DNA of 64,000 nucleotides from the human T2T-CHM13v2.0 reference genome, Homo sapiens (GCF_009914755.1 NC_060927.1), one strand, 5' to 3'. Shown: positions 20,024 to 35,264, counted from the stretch's first letter. Notes: generated from the letters alone by a model not told the origin. A program made the numbers and translations.

Positions 20024-21724
20024 CTTCTGCAAGGAAAACTACAAAACACTCCTGAAAGAAATCATAGATGATGCAAACAAATGGAAACACATCCCTTGCT
20101 CAGGGATGGGTTGAATCAATATTGTAAAAATGACCATACTGCTAAAAGCAATCTACAAATCCAATGCAATTCCCATCAAAATACCACTATCATTCTTCAC
20201 AGAACTGGAAAAAACAATTCTAAATTTCATATGAATCCAAAAAGAGCCTACACAGACAAAGCAAGACTAAGCCAAAAGAACTAATCTGGGGGCATCACGT
20301 TATGTGACTTCAAACTATGTTGTAAGGCCATAGTCACCAAAACAGCATGGTACTGGTATAAAAATAGGCACATAGACCAACAGAACAGAATAGAGAACTC
20401 AGAAATAAACCCAAATACTTACAGCCAACTGATCTTCAACAAAGCAAACAAAAACATAAACTGAAAAAAGGACACCCTATTCAACAAATGGTGCTGGTAC
20501 AATTGGCAATCCACGTGTAAAAGAATGAAACTGAACCCTCATCTTCTGACCTTATACAAAAATCAACTCAAGATAAATGAAAGACTTAAATCTAAGACCT
20601 GAAACCATAAAAATTCTAGAAGATAACATTGGAGAAACCCTTCTGGACATTGGCTTAGGGAAGGATTTCATAACCAAGAACCCAAAAGCAAATGCAACAA
20701 AAAAAGATAAATAGATGGAACTTAATTAAACTAAAAAGTTTCTGCACAGCAAAAGACAAAATCTGCAGAGTAAACAGACAACCCACAGAGTGGGAAAAAA
20801 ATCTTCACAGTCTATATATCTGACAAAGGACTAACATCCAGAATCTACAAGGAACTCAAACAAATCAGCGAGAGAAAAACAAACAATCCCATCAAAAAGT
20901 GGGCTAAGGACATGAATAGACAATTCTCAAAAGATATACAAATGGCCAACAAGCATATGGAAAAATGCTCAACATCACTAATGATCAAGGAAATGCAAAT
21001 CAAAACCACAATGTGATACCACCTTACTCCTGCAAGAATGGCCATAATCAAAAAATAATAGACGTTGGCATAGATGTGGTTAAAAAGGGAACACTTTTAC
21101 ACTGCTGGTGGGAATGTAAACTAGTACAACCACTATGGAAAACAGCATGGAGATCCCTTAAAGAACTGAACGTAGATCTACCATTTGATCCAGCAATTCC
21201 ACTACTGAGTATCTACCCAGAGGAAAAGAAGTCATATTTAAAAAGATACTTGCACACGCATGTTTATAGCAGCACAATTTGCAATTGCAAAAATATGGAA
21301 CCAGCCCAAATGCCCATCAATCAATGAGTGGATAAAGAAAATGTGGTATATATACCATGGGCTACTGAGCCACAAAAAGGAATGAAATAATTGCATTCAC
21401 AGCAACCTGGATGGAATTGAAGACTATTGTTCTTAGTGAAATAACTCAGGAATGGAAAACCAAACATCTCATGTTTTCACTCATAAGTGGGAGCTAAGCT
21501 ATGAGGGCACAAAGGCATAAGAATTATACAATGGACTTTGGGGACTTGGGTGAAAGCGTGGGAGGGGGTTGAGGGATAAAAGGCTACACACTGGGTACAG
21601 TGTACACCGTTTGGATGACGGGTGCACCAAAGTCTCAGAAATCACCACTAGAGAACTTATTCATGTAACCAAACACCACCAATTCCCCAATAACCTATTG
21701 AAATAAAAAATAAATTTTTTTAAA

Positions 21725-21880
21725 AAAAGGTTACAAACTTTCAGTTATTAGATAAACCAGTTTTGGGGATCTAATGCACACCATGAGTGGTGATGGATGT
21801 GTTAATTAATTTTATTGTAATTATTACATAATTTAGATGTAAATCAAGTCATCACGTTATACACCTTGAAAAAAAAAAAG
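21725..21880 (+). mobile_element. Older L1MA/L1MB 3'UTR fragment
   Basis: GGTTACAAACTTTCAGTTATTAGATAAAC...GGGGATCTAATG...GGTGATGGATGTGTTAATT...CACGTTATACACCTTG. Confidence 0.65.
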
Positions 21881-22699
21881 TAAAAATTGTAACTCACTTT
21901 CCCTGACTGTAATAAATTACTAACAATAATATAGTAGCAGTAATTAGTAGTAAAAAGTCCACACATTTAGTAATTTTAAAACATTCTACCAAACTATTTG
22001 ATCAAAGTGTACATCAAAATTCCAATTTTAAAACTATGTAAAAATATTATCAATAATAGATAATTGATACAGCAACTGTCATATCTAACTTTTTAAATAA
22101 TCCTCTTATAGTAACTATAAAAATCTGCTTAAAGCCAATAAGCATAAAACTAAGAACATATATGCCAATCTAACATGTAGACATCTGAAAACTTTATTAT
22201 AAGACAAGCAAAAGGAGACTGGAATAAATGAAGTCTCCTGTTTCTGAATAGAAAGGACATTACCAAGGCAGTTTGGAGGATCTGGGGCACAGAAGCCACT
22301 AACATATATTACCATTAATAGGAGTGATAGTAGTAATAATGCATTATAAGCAATAATATTCATATTTTTGAATTTTTAAGTAATTCTATTACTTCCCTAT
22401 AATAATCTGACTTTTCCAAATTTTCTATAATTACCATGCATCCCTTCTATAATTGAGGTGAATTTTCCTTTAAAAATGAACTGTTTGTCAATTGTATTTT
22501 ATCATTCTGTTTGCCAGATCTGTTATTCTGGAATTCAGTTTGATTTGCTCTTTATAAATTGCCTATGGCTGCTTTAACTTACCCAGAAATGGCTTTTACA
22601 TTTGGGTCTATGATGAAGCCATGGGGTGGTGGATTTTACAGATTCTCTAATTTGAGTCAGGAGGGAAACTCCCCTATTGAGCAAAACCTGAAGATCCTC

Positions 22700-23220
22700 C
22701 TGTATTAATAATTGTTGCATAATAAATTACTCCCAAAAGTTATTGGTATAAATTGATCATTTGTTTGCTCACATTCTTACGGTCAGCAATGTGGGCAGGA
22801 CTTAGTTGGAATGGCTCACCTCTGCTCCACCTGGGCTTCCTCATGTTTGTGACCAGGTGGCTGGTTGACCAGGGCTGGTTTGATCTGGAAAGCCTCATTT
22901 CTGTGTGCGGCAGTTGGCAAGTCTTTTCGCTTGGCACCTCAGTTCTCCTCCACTGAGCCAGCCTGTTATCTGGGCTTCCTCAATGGTAGATTATTTTCAA
23001 GACAATGAAAAAAGAATCTGCAAGTCCTGTTGAAACTTCACCTCAAATGTCACACAATGTCACTCTGCCACATTCTATTGGTCAAAGTAAGTCACAAGCC
23101 ATCCCGGATTCATGGTGTGGAGGGCATAGACTCCACCTTTCCAGGCAGAGTAGCAAAGTCCCTTCACAAAGCAGCAGGAAGAATTGCTACAGCCATCTTT
23201 GCAAGTAATCTTCCTCACTG
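22700..23220 (-). mobile_element. MLT1 (H/I/J-like) LTR
   Basis: TTGCATAATAAATTACTCCCAAAA...TCACTCTGCCACATTCTATTGGTCAAAGTAAGTCACAAG...ATAGACTCCACCT. Confidence 0.7.
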
Positions 23221-23224
23221 TATC

Positions 23225-23410
23225 ATAATTTATTCATCCTTACATTTTTTTAAGAAAGTTTTTAAGTGCCTCTTAAGTGCTAAATTCTGTTCTAGTCACT
23301 GGAGCACAGCAGTGAACAAGACAGACATAGTGCTTGCCCTTGTGGGAGACACAGCTGTCGAGGAAGACTTGCACTGAACCATGATAACACGTGTTGTGAG
23401 TGCTACAGAA
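23225..23410 (-). mobile_element. L2 fragment
   Basis: GCACAGCAGTGAACAAGACAGACATAGTGCTTGCCCT. Confidence 0.6.
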
Positions 23411-24354
23411 AAGTACCAGGCTGGACTGGAGACTAGTGTAGCTGACTAACCCAGAACGGGAGGTAGCAGGATGCAGGTGGGGAAGTCAGGAAGACAGTAT
23501 TATTCCCCATGTGTATCAGAGTTTTCTACTTCCTGTATCTACTTGGGTTCTAATACCTCATTTTACTGTATCTGTGCTGCAGATGTATTTATTTCTCCTC
23601 TACCATAGAATTGTATGGTTACAAAATGAAAACGGAAGAAAAATTGGGGGGAAATATTCCTTTCAAAGAAAGTCTAGAACAGTCTTGGGGCCAGGGGGAA
23701 AGAAGAACTAACTTTTGTGAAATCATAATTTTTTTATCATGTCAAAATCTTTTCCTAATTGAGGAATTTATAATTAATTAAGAAAGCTGGACTTTTCAAG
23801 TGCACGACTCTCCCTTTGATCTACAGTGCTCCAGGCTGTAGTTCCCAGATGCCTGAAGATGGTTTTAACTGAAGTGTTTCCTTAGCAAAGGCATTTTCTG
23901 TGGCACAAAATGAAAACACAGTTATGGTGCATTTTGTCAGAAGATCCAAATCGATAAGCTGAGATGCCAGGGTTTGAAAACCTGATGTGCTGGAGGTGGT
24001 TGACTTACTAATCTATAGATAGCACACTAAGTAGAGGATTTAGGATCTTTGATGACTGTTCAAAGAGTGTTTGAGATAAAGAATACGGTGGGAGAAGAGG
24101 TAGAACAGAAGAGCACGTCAGAGACTTGTCACACAGCTGCAGGAAAGCTCTCCACCAAAGCGTTACTCTCTTCCCAGCAGGTTTGTTGGAAATGTGCTTC
24201 TTGTGTTAAGTTCAAAGAGTCTCGTGATAGGTCTGTGAGGTAGATGCTCCTGGGGGTGTGGTGTGTGCTGTCAAAGAAAATAGCAAATAGCAGCAGGCTC
24301 TCTCAACAAGAAGTATGGTTAGAGTTCAAAGTGCTATGGGTGTTGTTAAGGAGT

Positions 24355-24635
24355 ATTTAATCAATGAGTCAACAAATATTTTAGAATCTCTATTATGTAT
24401 TAGACACTATGTTAGCTTTCAGGGATATAATGTTGAATAAGACAGACATCATCGCTGCCCTTATAGGGATTATAGTCTGCTGAGGAAACGGGTAGTAACC
24501 AGGCAGTTCCAACACCATGTGAAAAGAACAGGGATAGGGAAATACAGAAAACTATGGAAACAGCAGTGGCGCACCTACCTCAAACTTCAAGACTTCCTGA
24601 CAGAAGTAGCATCTGAGCTGAGCACTGAAGGACCC
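24355..24635 (-). mobile_element. L2 fragment
   Basis: TCAACAAATATTTT...GAATAAGACAGACATCATCGCTGCCCTTATAGGG...GACTTCCTGACAGAAGTAGCATCTGAGCTGAG. Confidence 0.6.
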
Positions 24636-25513
24636 ACAGTGGCTAACCCAGAGAAGAAAAGGACATCTGGTTAACAATGGCAAAATCCACTAAAATGAAA
24701 GAGAATTTTTAAAATAAAAGACAGATAAGCCTACAAGAGCAAAGAGGATGGGAAAGAAGATGCCAACAAAAAATCTGGGAATTTGGAAAGCAGATTGACA
24801 AATGGAAAATGGCTTAGCTGAGTTGAGGAAACTGATTCTCAACCAGTAGAGAGAAGAACCACAAAGCAACATCATTTGTGCTGCTGAACCCCTCAGTGCT
24901 GTAGAACTCATGACACCTGGTACCTAAGAAAACAGTGGTGAAGATGGCTTTAAAACCAGTGCATTGATTGAAACTCTAAGAGGGAATTCAATCTCCTCCT
25001 CCACACGGCCCAGCCTGGCACCTGCCCATCACCTACCATGGCAAGGCACTTCAGGTTTTTCTTTTGGAGAGGGTAGAACAGGTCCCTGGACTAAAGACAC
25101 AAGGTACAACCCAAGACAAAAAGGAACCCTAATGGAAATAAGTCTCACACTGAGTGTTAAGAGCCTCAACTCTCTTGAACCATTTAGTATCCTGGACACA
25201 GACTTACATTCTATTCTCTATGACTGGAAAGTTCTTTTCTAAGGAACCTGAATAACTGAAGAGAAAATACAAGAATGGTCTGTAACTGGGGAGTTACATA
25301 ACCACATGCCATAAAAAGGTTGCCATACAGTGAAGACCACAGTTAACAAGCATGTCCCACCGTGCCCATGTATATAAAGCTTCCAAATATGTTTTTTGTG
25401 CCCCACTCCTAAATGCAAACCGTCAAGAATTATTGGACATTGTAGGAAATTTTCTAAAATGGAAGGCAGATATCTATTCTAAAGCAAACAAATAATTCAA
25501 AAAAGCAAACTAG

Positions 25514-25814
<301 letters not shown>

Positions 25815-25909
25815 CTAGAAGAAACGGAGGCTGCAAACAGAGAAGAAGTTAACTTCACCAAAATTTTTTTGAGGTGTTCAACAAAATAAGAGAAGAAACA
25901 ACAGAGACT

Positions 25910-26405
25910 TCCATTTTTTCATTTGCCCAAGCTACAAATCTTGAATTCATCCTTGACTCCTTTCTTTCTGACACACGCCCATAGTCAATCTGTCCTACTA
26001 CACGGCAACCAGTCATCCTTTTAAAACGCAAATTGATTATCTCACTCCCTCATCCAAAAGCCACATCAAATTCTGTTTTCATTCAGAGTAAAAGCTAAAG
26101 TGGCTTCAGGGGCTTAAGGTGGCTCACCCCCACCACATCACATCCCACTTTTAGAATGTCATGTCTTTGACTCTCCCTCTCACTCACTCTATTGCAGTCA
26201 TGCTAATTTCCTGGCTTCTCCAACACATGAGGCACACTGCCTTTGGGACTTGACTTTAGCTGTTCCCTTTACCAAGACACTATTCCCCTTCCTGGAACAC
26301 TGTTCCCACAGACAACCTTTGGATAACTCCTTCATTATCTTTGCCTTTGGTCAAGTGTTACTTTCTCAATGATGCTTACCTTCAGTGTACCCCCACCCTC
26401 ACCCA

Positions 26406-26445
<40 letters not shown>

Positions 26446-26614
26446 CTAATCCCCCTTTCTCTACTATACTCTTCCTTTCATCCACAATATATATTACATT
26501 CTAACAGGTATTTTGGCTCCTGGTCGATTACTCTCCACTAGAATGAGGCTAAAAACTGTATTTTGTTGAATGATGTATTCCAAGCACCTGAACATAGCCT
26601 AATAAATAGTAGGC
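25910..26614 (+). mobile_element. L2a-like fragment (3' end resumes ~27086-27210)
   Basis: CATCCTTGACTCCTTTCTTTC...CTGTTCCC...CTGGAACAC...CCACTAGAATG...ATAGTAGGC; tail AATAAATATTTGTTG...GAATGAAT follows the MLT1 insertion. Confidence 0.7.
26407..26443. repeat. (CA)n microsatellite
   Basis: Direct reading. Confidence 0.95.
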
Positions 26615-27085
26615 TATATTAGTTTCCTAGGGCTGCTGTAATAAAGTACCAAAAATAAGGTGGCCAAACATTATATTTCTTGTCTCATAGATCTAAAGGC
26701 TGGAAGTTTGCAATCAAGGTGTTGGAAGGATTTGTTCTGAGGAGGTTGTGCAGGAGAATCTTTTTCATCTCTCTCCTATCTTCTGGGGGTTTTCTGGCAA
26801 TCTTTGGTGCTCCTTGGCTTGTAGAGGCATCATTCCAACCTCCATCTTCATCTTACCAGTGTTCTCCTCTGTGTCTTCACCTCATCTTCCCTCTGTGTCT
26901 GTCTGTCTGTCTAAATTTCTCCTTTTTATTAAGTACGCCAGTCATATTGGATTAGAATTAATCCTAACAATCTTTTTTTAACCTGATTCGCTCTATAAAG
27001 ACACACATAAGATCACATCTGAAATATGGGGGTTAGGACTTCAACATATGAATTTGTGGAAGGGGACACAATCCAACCCACAACA
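26615..27085 (-). mobile_element. MLT1B/C solo LTR
   Basis: TATATTAGTTTCCTAGGGCTGCTGTAATAAAGTACC...GGGGACACAATCCAACCCACAACA; TSD TAGGC/TAGAC. Confidence 0.88.
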
Positions 27086-27108
27086 TAGACTCTAAATAAA
27101 TATTTGTT

Positions 27109-27525
<417 letters not shown>

Positions 27526-29129
27526 AAAACGTGAAATATTTACAGAGCAACAATTAACATTCTTATAATAGAAATTTAAAATGATAGTAGAAATCTCTTT
27601 TTTAAAACTATGGAAATGTAAGAAACTACACCTAAGGATGTCTTTAGAAAGCATAACAAACACATGAAGGGTTAGAAAATAGGAGATAAATCGATTTTTT
27701 ACAATTAGAAAATCAATTCAAAAGTCCAACATCCGACTAATAAGCATTTCAGAAAGAGAAAAAGAAGAGAGGGAATTATCCAGTAAATAACTCAAAAAAT
27801 ATTCTTAAAAACTGAAGGACATAATTTCCATGGGACTTTGAGAGAAAAAAAATCCTAAGAGTTTGAATGCACTGAAGAGATACTCACACTTCTGAAGGAG
27901 AGTTTGGGAATAAGACGGTGAACAAAGAAAGAGAATTAAACAAGAAAACAAACAAGATAATTATTAAGCAAATCAGAGGATTTATGCAAAGAAGATAAAG
28001 TTTTCCCAGCCTACCACATGACTCAACTGTGAATAACTCCAAATTTATAATATTACTATATTAGAAAGATATGTGTTCATGTGTATATATTTACATATGT
28101 AGGTAAGAAGGGGAGAAGGAAACTCAAATTACCTCTTCCTTAGTGGGAAGTCAATAGATGATGTCTAACATTGAAAAAAGAACAAGTAGTAAAACCGTAA
28201 TCATGTCATTTAGAGATACAGCTGCCAATACCAAAAGAAATAGCCAAAAGAGTTTAAAACAGTTAGCTCTGGGGGCAGGGAAGGGATGAAGTGGGTAGAA
28301 GATCACTGATTTTTATAAAACTTATTAAAGAACTATTTGACTCTCCAAATTTATGTCATAATGTGACAAAATAAAAAGTAAATTTCAAACAGAGAAAGGG
28401 AAGAATAAGAAAAGAGAGGAAGGATTTTCCACACAGAGACAGAAACAAAGGCAGGGGTAATTAGAAAGACACATTCAAGAATATGAAATGAGTCCACTCT
28501 GAAGCACAGAGCACTTGGGGACATCAGTGGTGAGAGAGGAGATGATTGAATCAGGTGGAAAACAAACATGCAGGGCTTTGTGAGCCAGGAGAAAAGAATC
28601 TGGGCTTAAGAGCAGTGGGGTAATTTAAGGAGATTGGGAATGTAATTAGATTTGCCTCTGATGAACAATCACTAAAACAGTGAGCATGAGTATGATCTGG
28701 GTACAAATAGGCTATGGTAAACCCAAGGACAGTTCTCACTGAGGCTCCGTGACTCTGCGGGCCAGACTTTACTCAAGAACTGTTGCCTCTGAAGTCCCCT
28801 CCTGATCAATCAGTGTCCCTGGACGACACCACAGGGCCAGGCTCCTGATAACCACAGTATAGCTGGCTTGGCCTTCAGGCTAAAAAGTATGGGGCCAAAG
28901 GAAAACCAAAAGACCCAGCATCCCAGGATGAGGCTGGAGTCATGAATCAAAACAGACTCTCCAAACCAAGCCACAAGTCTAAAGAGGCCAGAGGCAGAGA
29001 GCCACAAAGCAAGTGTAAATCAAAGGGAGTGTCACAGGAGTGGGGACAAGCAGGGTTGGCAGAGTGCTAAGAGGCAGTCCGAAGGGATACCCTGAATTGT
29101 TCAAATGCAGGAAAGGGTCCTTTCCTAAG

Positions 29130-29680
29130 GTATAGTTACCCACTGCCATGTAACAAATCACCCTAAAGGTTACTGGCTTAAAACAAGGAGTGTGTGTGCT
29201 CGTGATTCTGTGAAACAGCAATTTGGCCTGGGTTCAGCTGGGCAGCTCTTCTGTTGGTTTTGCCTGGGCCATTCCTGCAGCTAAAGATATCAGACCAAGA
29301 TGGTGCCAGGTGGTCTAAACTGGGCTCCTCTACATGGCTGGAAGCTGGTGCTGGCTGTTGGCTAATGGATCTGCGAGACTTAGCTGGATTGACTATCTCT
29401 GCTTTATATGACCTCTCATCGTCTTGTAGGTTACATCACATTTCACCATATGGCAATTACAGGGAAGCATTCTAAGGGAGTGAGGACTGGAGCTTTAAGG
29501 CCTATGTTTGGAATTCTCATGATACCACTTTCTACTGATCAGAGTCCCAAGGCCAGCCCAGACTCAGGGGTGGGGAGTGAGACTGCATCTCCCAATGAGA
29601 GCAGCATCAAGTCACATCAACAAAGCACATACACATAGGGAGAGGAGAAACTGTTGCGGTCAGCTTTGCAAACAGTGCCT
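29130..29680 (-). mobile_element. MLT1 (G/H-like) LTR
   Basis: TGTAACAAATCACCCTAAAGGTTACTGGCTTAAAAC...GCAATTTGGCCTGGGTTCAGCTGGGCAG...CAAGGCCAGCCCAGACTCAGGGG. Confidence 0.7.
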
Positions 29681-29910
29681 CAGGTTACCAGGTCAGCCCA
29701 GAGGTCTCCGGGAGCCTTCAGAGGTGAAAATGGCCAAATATCACACCTGCTCACTTCTCATTGAACTTAACAGCAACAGGACACCTTCACTTTCCCAAAG
29801 GAGGTAGAGAAGTCCAAGCCCATAACATCATGGCTTATTGAGTGCCATCAGTTACATAGAAAATAGTTTCATCCCCGGGTGCTTTTAAGTTATAATTTAA
29901 TTGTAAATTA

Positions 29911-30174
<264 letters not shown>

Positions 30175-30821
30175 TCATAATTATTTCAAAGTAGCTTCAA
30201 TTAAATATCTATTTAATATCCTTACCTCAAAAAATTCCACCTATGAACTCTAAGATAGGCACCACCTAACAAACATATACAGCTACACCAGTCATTCTGA
30301 CAGAAATAGAGAATAGGGTTCATCTTCCCTGTCAGGTAACCCTACTCTGAGAGTATTTAGAGCCAGAGAGAGCTCCCTCCAGGCACCTTGGTCCCAGGCA
30401 GGAGCCAAAGTTCACATGGCCTCTGGCCACCCAGATCCTTCTATTTCCAAGCCTTTTGTAGTCAGTCTTTTCTAGGATATCAGTAGTCTGAGTTCATCTG
30501 AAACACTCTTGTGGAGAAAACATAGAGACCACCCTCTGTTTGCCTATCACCCACTTTTAGAAGGTTGCTTCTTCTCCCATTACTTCTCTCCCCCTCAGGC
30601 TTTGGTCCGTAGTATTCTATTCTTCCTTATATTGAAAAAAAAATACACAAAGTACTGAGGAAAGGTAATATATAAAATATCAAGACAACAAGAAAAAAGA
30701 ATGCCTTTTTAAAAAGTCAAAAATAAATTTGGTAATTAGTCTTATACTTCCCCAATAACATAGCATCTATATGTTAGTTCCATTTGTTAGTTCCATTTGT
30801 CACTTTAATCTATATTTGTTG

Positions 30822-30935
30822 GTCACTTATTATTCAACAAATGTTTGTTGCTCAGATGTACTCTGCATGGGACACAGGGGCTACAGAGATAAACATGACC
30901 TTCCCTGATCACAGGGACTTCACAATCAAGACAAG
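30822..30935 (-). mobile_element. L2 3' fragment
   Basis: TTATTCAACAAATGTTTGTTG...GGCTACAGAGATAAACATGACC. Confidence 0.55.
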
Positions 30936-31639
30936 GAGACATTTGTAAAGTAGAGTGTTGAGTGGCTGACCAAATACCTGAGAAGAGGCTTCTTTCACTG
31001 GTTTGAACCTCTTCATATGAAAAACTCAAGAGTAGGGAGTCAAATAAACTCATAATATTGTATTTGTATAACCGCAAAATGTCTGGCTTTAGTGAAGGAA
31101 ATTTTTTTTTAATCATTAGGTCAAACTAGTTTTATGTAAACACGATCTTGGCGAGCACAAGTCAAGAAGTTCTGTTTTCTGGTTCCGTTGTTTTCAACTC
31201 CATTTAACAAATGGAGCATTGGCTGGATGCAGGAAATGGGTTCAGAGACATAAACACATCTCCAATGTCAGAAAGCTTTCAATCTAGAAAAAAGATGGGC
31301 TGTTAGGCAACTGTGTACAATTCCCATTTCAGTGTCAAAATAAATAGACCAATAATCTGTACTGTTTTTCTTAAGATGGTTGTATGATTTAAGTAAAGGA
31401 AATGGAAGGAAGCTTTGCATAAAATTAAGGAAAAGAGAAAAAGTTGAAATATCTCCATCCTCTAAGAGAAAATATTTTGAGAACAAGACAAATCTAATAC
31501 ACATAAATGTTTTAAATGGCAAAGAAAACCAAATTACCCAACTGGAAAATAATGAAAACTTTGGAAAACATGATTTTGAAACAAGCTCTTACAAAGTTTA
31601 AGCTGAAATAAATAAGATCTGAATTAATTATGTCTCAGA

Positions 31640-31985
31640 GCATTTAGATAGTTTATGCCTTTAGTAAACTGTTTACAATGTTCTAAAAATACTGAGAACT
31701 GGTAAAAGACCACCAGAGTTTTGGAAAAAAAAATGCCAAGACATTTTTATAAGACACAGAACTTTCTAATATACTCAGCTTTGTTATCTTACTAGAAAGT
31801 CCTAGGCAGGGCATGAGAGGAATTATAGAAATTGTTTTAAAGCTTCTAGAATATAATGGCATTATGACTAATATGCTTCAGGCTTTTATGAAGGAAAAAA
31901 AAACTCATATTAGACGAACCTGGGAGATGTTTTTGATAGAATGCCAGAATTAATGAATGGAACACAGTAGGTGTTGATTTTATGT
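31640..31985 (+). mobile_element. Possible L3/CR1 reverse-transcriptase fossil
   Basis: GGCTTTTATGAAGG...TCATATTAGACGAACCTG...TTTTTGATAGAATG...GATTT loosely follows the CR1 motif GF.K.KSC.TNL..FFD.V...VD.G..VD..YLDF; highly decayed. Confidence 0.4.
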
Positions 31986-32904
31986 CATTATAAGTTAAGC
32001 CTGTTATTTTGCAGTCAAGGAATGAAAAATAAATATCAAACCAGCCTGACCTGCTCTCCTGATTTAATAGCTTAATTTCCAGAAATGCCAGTGAAAAATA
32101 GCACAAATGTTTGCCTAGGCCAATTCTTCTTTATTACAGTTCATCCATTTTCCCTTTTCCACAAGGAATGCAGCACCTAACAGAGCTTAATTAAGTTTAT
32201 ATTTTATGACAGAAACCACATTGCCTTACAAAAGAAAGCTTGTTAGAAGCAAGAGAGGAGGATGTGTCTCAGAACCCAGTCCATAAGAAAGCAACCAAAG
32301 ATGGCTACAGTATTCTATGGATCCTTATGCCTGGTGGCCAATGCAACGATGAGGACTCTCACATGTTACAATAATGGACGTTTTACACTAAGTAAAGGTA
32401 GTAATGGAAATCACCTACATCTATGTCAAGAAAAGAAAAGTGTCTCTGGGAGATTCATCCTTAGCCCTAATGACACTTTCCTTTCATCACATAGGTTTGT
32501 GGTTTCTATATTCTTTCTTTTCTTAAAATTGAGAAAGGATGTCAGAAGGATTCTCCCTGGCCCCTTCTTGAACGTGTTAGAGGTTCCATGTCTAATGAAA
32601 TTCCCTTAAGGTAAAAAGGTGCTTAAATGTGTAACAGTTTATTCTGTCAGTGGAGTTAATGTGTCAGAGCCTCAGGAATTAAGTTGCTGAAAAAACTTGC
32701 TTTCTAATGTTTTGTTTTGTTTTTTGTTTTTTGTTTTTTGAGGAGATTGGCTTGAACCCAGCAAAGTGACGGATTGCCTGTCAGAGCTAAGTGAAATGCA
32801 AATGTTTAAAATAGGATCTACATCAGGTATATAATTCAAATGAAAATAAAAGCAGGTAGCATTGTTGAGACTGCTCTGATAAAATAAAAATAGAAGTATG
32901 AATG

Positions 32905-33240
32905 TTTCTGTTAGGATAGAGGCAATTGCATGGAAAAATAAAAGCCAAATAATAGTTGCTCAAGCAAATCGAAAATTTATTATATGACACTCTCAAACAA
33001 AAGAAGTCCAGATGGAAACAGTACAGATTTTGTATCGACTCTTCCCAGTGACATCAGAGATGTAGGCTAAACTCTGTTCCAAAAACTTGGCAAATGGCTT
33101 CAGTTTTCAAGGTTACCTCACAGTCCAAGATGTTTGGCAGAGTTCCAACCATTACAAAAGCATTCCACACAGCAGGAAGAGTAATGGGAGAAAAGGCAAA
33201 AAGGCCCTTTTCCCAGCCAAGTTATTGAAGGGATTTGTTT
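32905..33240 (-). mobile_element. Old MLT1 (J/K-like) LTR fragment
   Basis: AAATAATAGTTGCTCAAGCAAATCGAAAATTTATT...AAGAAGTCCAG...CTCACAGTCCAAGATG...CAGCAGGAAG. Confidence 0.45.
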
Positions 33241-33404
33241 CCCAACGAACTACAGCTCCTCCATATCATAATAAAAATAAGCTTACAGAACCTGTTTTCC
33301 ATCAGTATCAGAATCAACTACTAATTTATCAACCCTGTCAGCCTGGCTTTTCAGAAGAAAAGGGATATAACTGGTGGCCATGCCACCTGACAACCAGGCA
33401 AGTG

Positions 33405-33572
33405 GCTGTTTGAAAAGCACCCTAGTGAGAACCAGAAGACTGGATTCTGATCTGCAACTAGGTCTCCGGCTCCCTGACTGATCTGGGACAAGTCACCCTC
33501 TGAACTTGAGTTTATTAATTTGCAAAATGACAGGTCTCAACTAAATGATCTTTAAGCTTCCCTCTGGTTTTT
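33405..33572 (+). mobile_element. MIR
   Basis: CAGAAGACTGGATTCTG...GGACAAGTCACCCTCTGAACTTGAGTTT...AAAATG...TAAATGATCTTTAAG. Confidence 0.65.
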
Positions 33573-33655
33573 ATTTTGTATGAATTATAAATCTTGGTCT
33601 CAAATTCCTCATCTGAAAAATCATAAAAATAAATAACTCTACTTTTAAAGATACT

Positions 33656-33950
33656 GGTCAGGCATGGTGGTTCATGCCTCTAATCCCAGCACTTTAGGAA
33701 GCCAAGGCAGAAGGATCACTTGAGGCCAGGAGTTCAAGACCAGCCTTGTCAACATAGCAAGACCCTGCCTCTACAAAATTTTAAAATTTAACCAGGTGTG
33801 GTGGTACACACCAGCAGTCCCAGCTACTCAGGAGGGTGAGGTAGGAGGATCACTTGAGCCCAGGAGTTCAAGGCAGCAGTGAGCCATGATTTCACCACTG
33901 CATTGTAGCCTGGGAGACAGACAGACCCTGTTTCTAAAAAAATAAATAAA
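33656..33950 (+). mobile_element. AluJ
   Basis: GGATCACTTGAGGCCAGGAGTTCAAG...GGATCACTTGAGCCCAGGAGTTCAAGGCAGCAGTG. Confidence 0.92.
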
Positions 33951-34069
33951 ATATACTATCTAATAATTGTTTGCGGATAAATTCCCTCAAAACAATTCTT
34001 GAGCAACGTGCTATGCACCAAGTACTATGCCAACTGTTGAAGACACAGACAAGAATAAGATACATTTCC

Positions 34070-35264
34070 CTTTTTTAGCTCTTTTAGGAATCGCCAAACT
34101 GCTTTCCACAATGGTTGAACAAATCTACACTCTCACCAACAGTGTGTAAGTGTTCTCTTTTCTCCACCACCTTGCCAGCATCTATTAGTTTTTTACTTTT
34201 CCATAGTAGCCATTCCCACTGGTGTGAGATGGTATCTCATTGTATTTTTGATTTGCATTTCTCTAATGATCATTGATATTGAGATTTTCTTCAAATGCTT
34301 TTTGACCACATGTATATTTCTTCTGAAAAATGTCTGTTCATGTCTTTTGCCCACTTTTTAATAGGTTTTTTTTGTTTTTTTCTTGTAAATTTGTTAAAGT
34401 TCTTTATAGATGCTGGATATTAAACATTTGTCTGATGCATAGTTTGCAAATATTTTCTCCCATTCTGTAGGTTGTCTGTTCACTCTGTTGATAGTTTCTT
34501 TTGCTGTGTAGAAGCTCTTAAGTTTAATTAGATCCCATTTGTCAATTTTTGCTTTTGTTGTGATTGCTTTAGACATCTTTGTTATGAAATCCTTTCCAGT
34601 TCCTGTATCCAGAATGGCACTGCCTAGGTTGTCTTCCAGGGTTTTTATAGTTTTAGGTTTTACATTTAAATCTTTTATCCATCTTGAGTTGATTTTTGTA
34701 TATGGTATAAGAAAGAGGTTCATTCAACCCAGCAACCTCATTACTATGTATATACCCAAAGGAATATAAATCTTTCTACCATAAAGACACATGCACACGT
34801 ATGTTCATTGCAACACTATTCACACACGCACACAAAAAGACAAGAAATCAATCTGAACGCCCATCGATGACAAATTGGATAAAGAAAATGTGGTACATAT
34901 ACATGATGAAATACTACATACCCATAAAAAAATGAGATTATGTCCTTTGCAGGAACATGGATGGAGCTGGAGGGCATCATCCTTAACAAACTAACACAGG
35001 AACAGAAAACCAAATACCACATGTTCTCGCTTATAAGTGGGAGCTGAATGATAAAGCATGGACACGCAGAAGGGAACGACAGACACTGGGGTCTTCTAGA
35101 TGGTGGAGGGTGGGAGGAGGGAGAGAATCAGAAAAAATAACTATTGGGTACTAGGCTTAGTACCTAGGTGACAAGATAATCTGTACAGCAAACCCCTGTG
35201 ACATGAGTTTACCTATAAAACAAATCTACACATGTACCTCTGAACCTAAAGTAAAAGTTTTAAA
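34070..35264 (+). mobile_element. 5'-inverted (twin-primed) L1PA15/16-type LINE-1: 34070-34720 antisense, 34721-35264 sense
   Basis: Minus-strand peptide [18 protein letters not shown]...; sense 3'UTR GGTACTAGGCTTAGTACCTAGGTGAC; TSD AAGATACAT (34057-34065 / 35265-35273). Confidence 0.9.

Noticed and set aside
30772-30800. 14-bp direct duplication TGTTAGTTCCATTT
   Set aside because: Ordinary slippage duplication; similar ones occur near 19565 and 37628.
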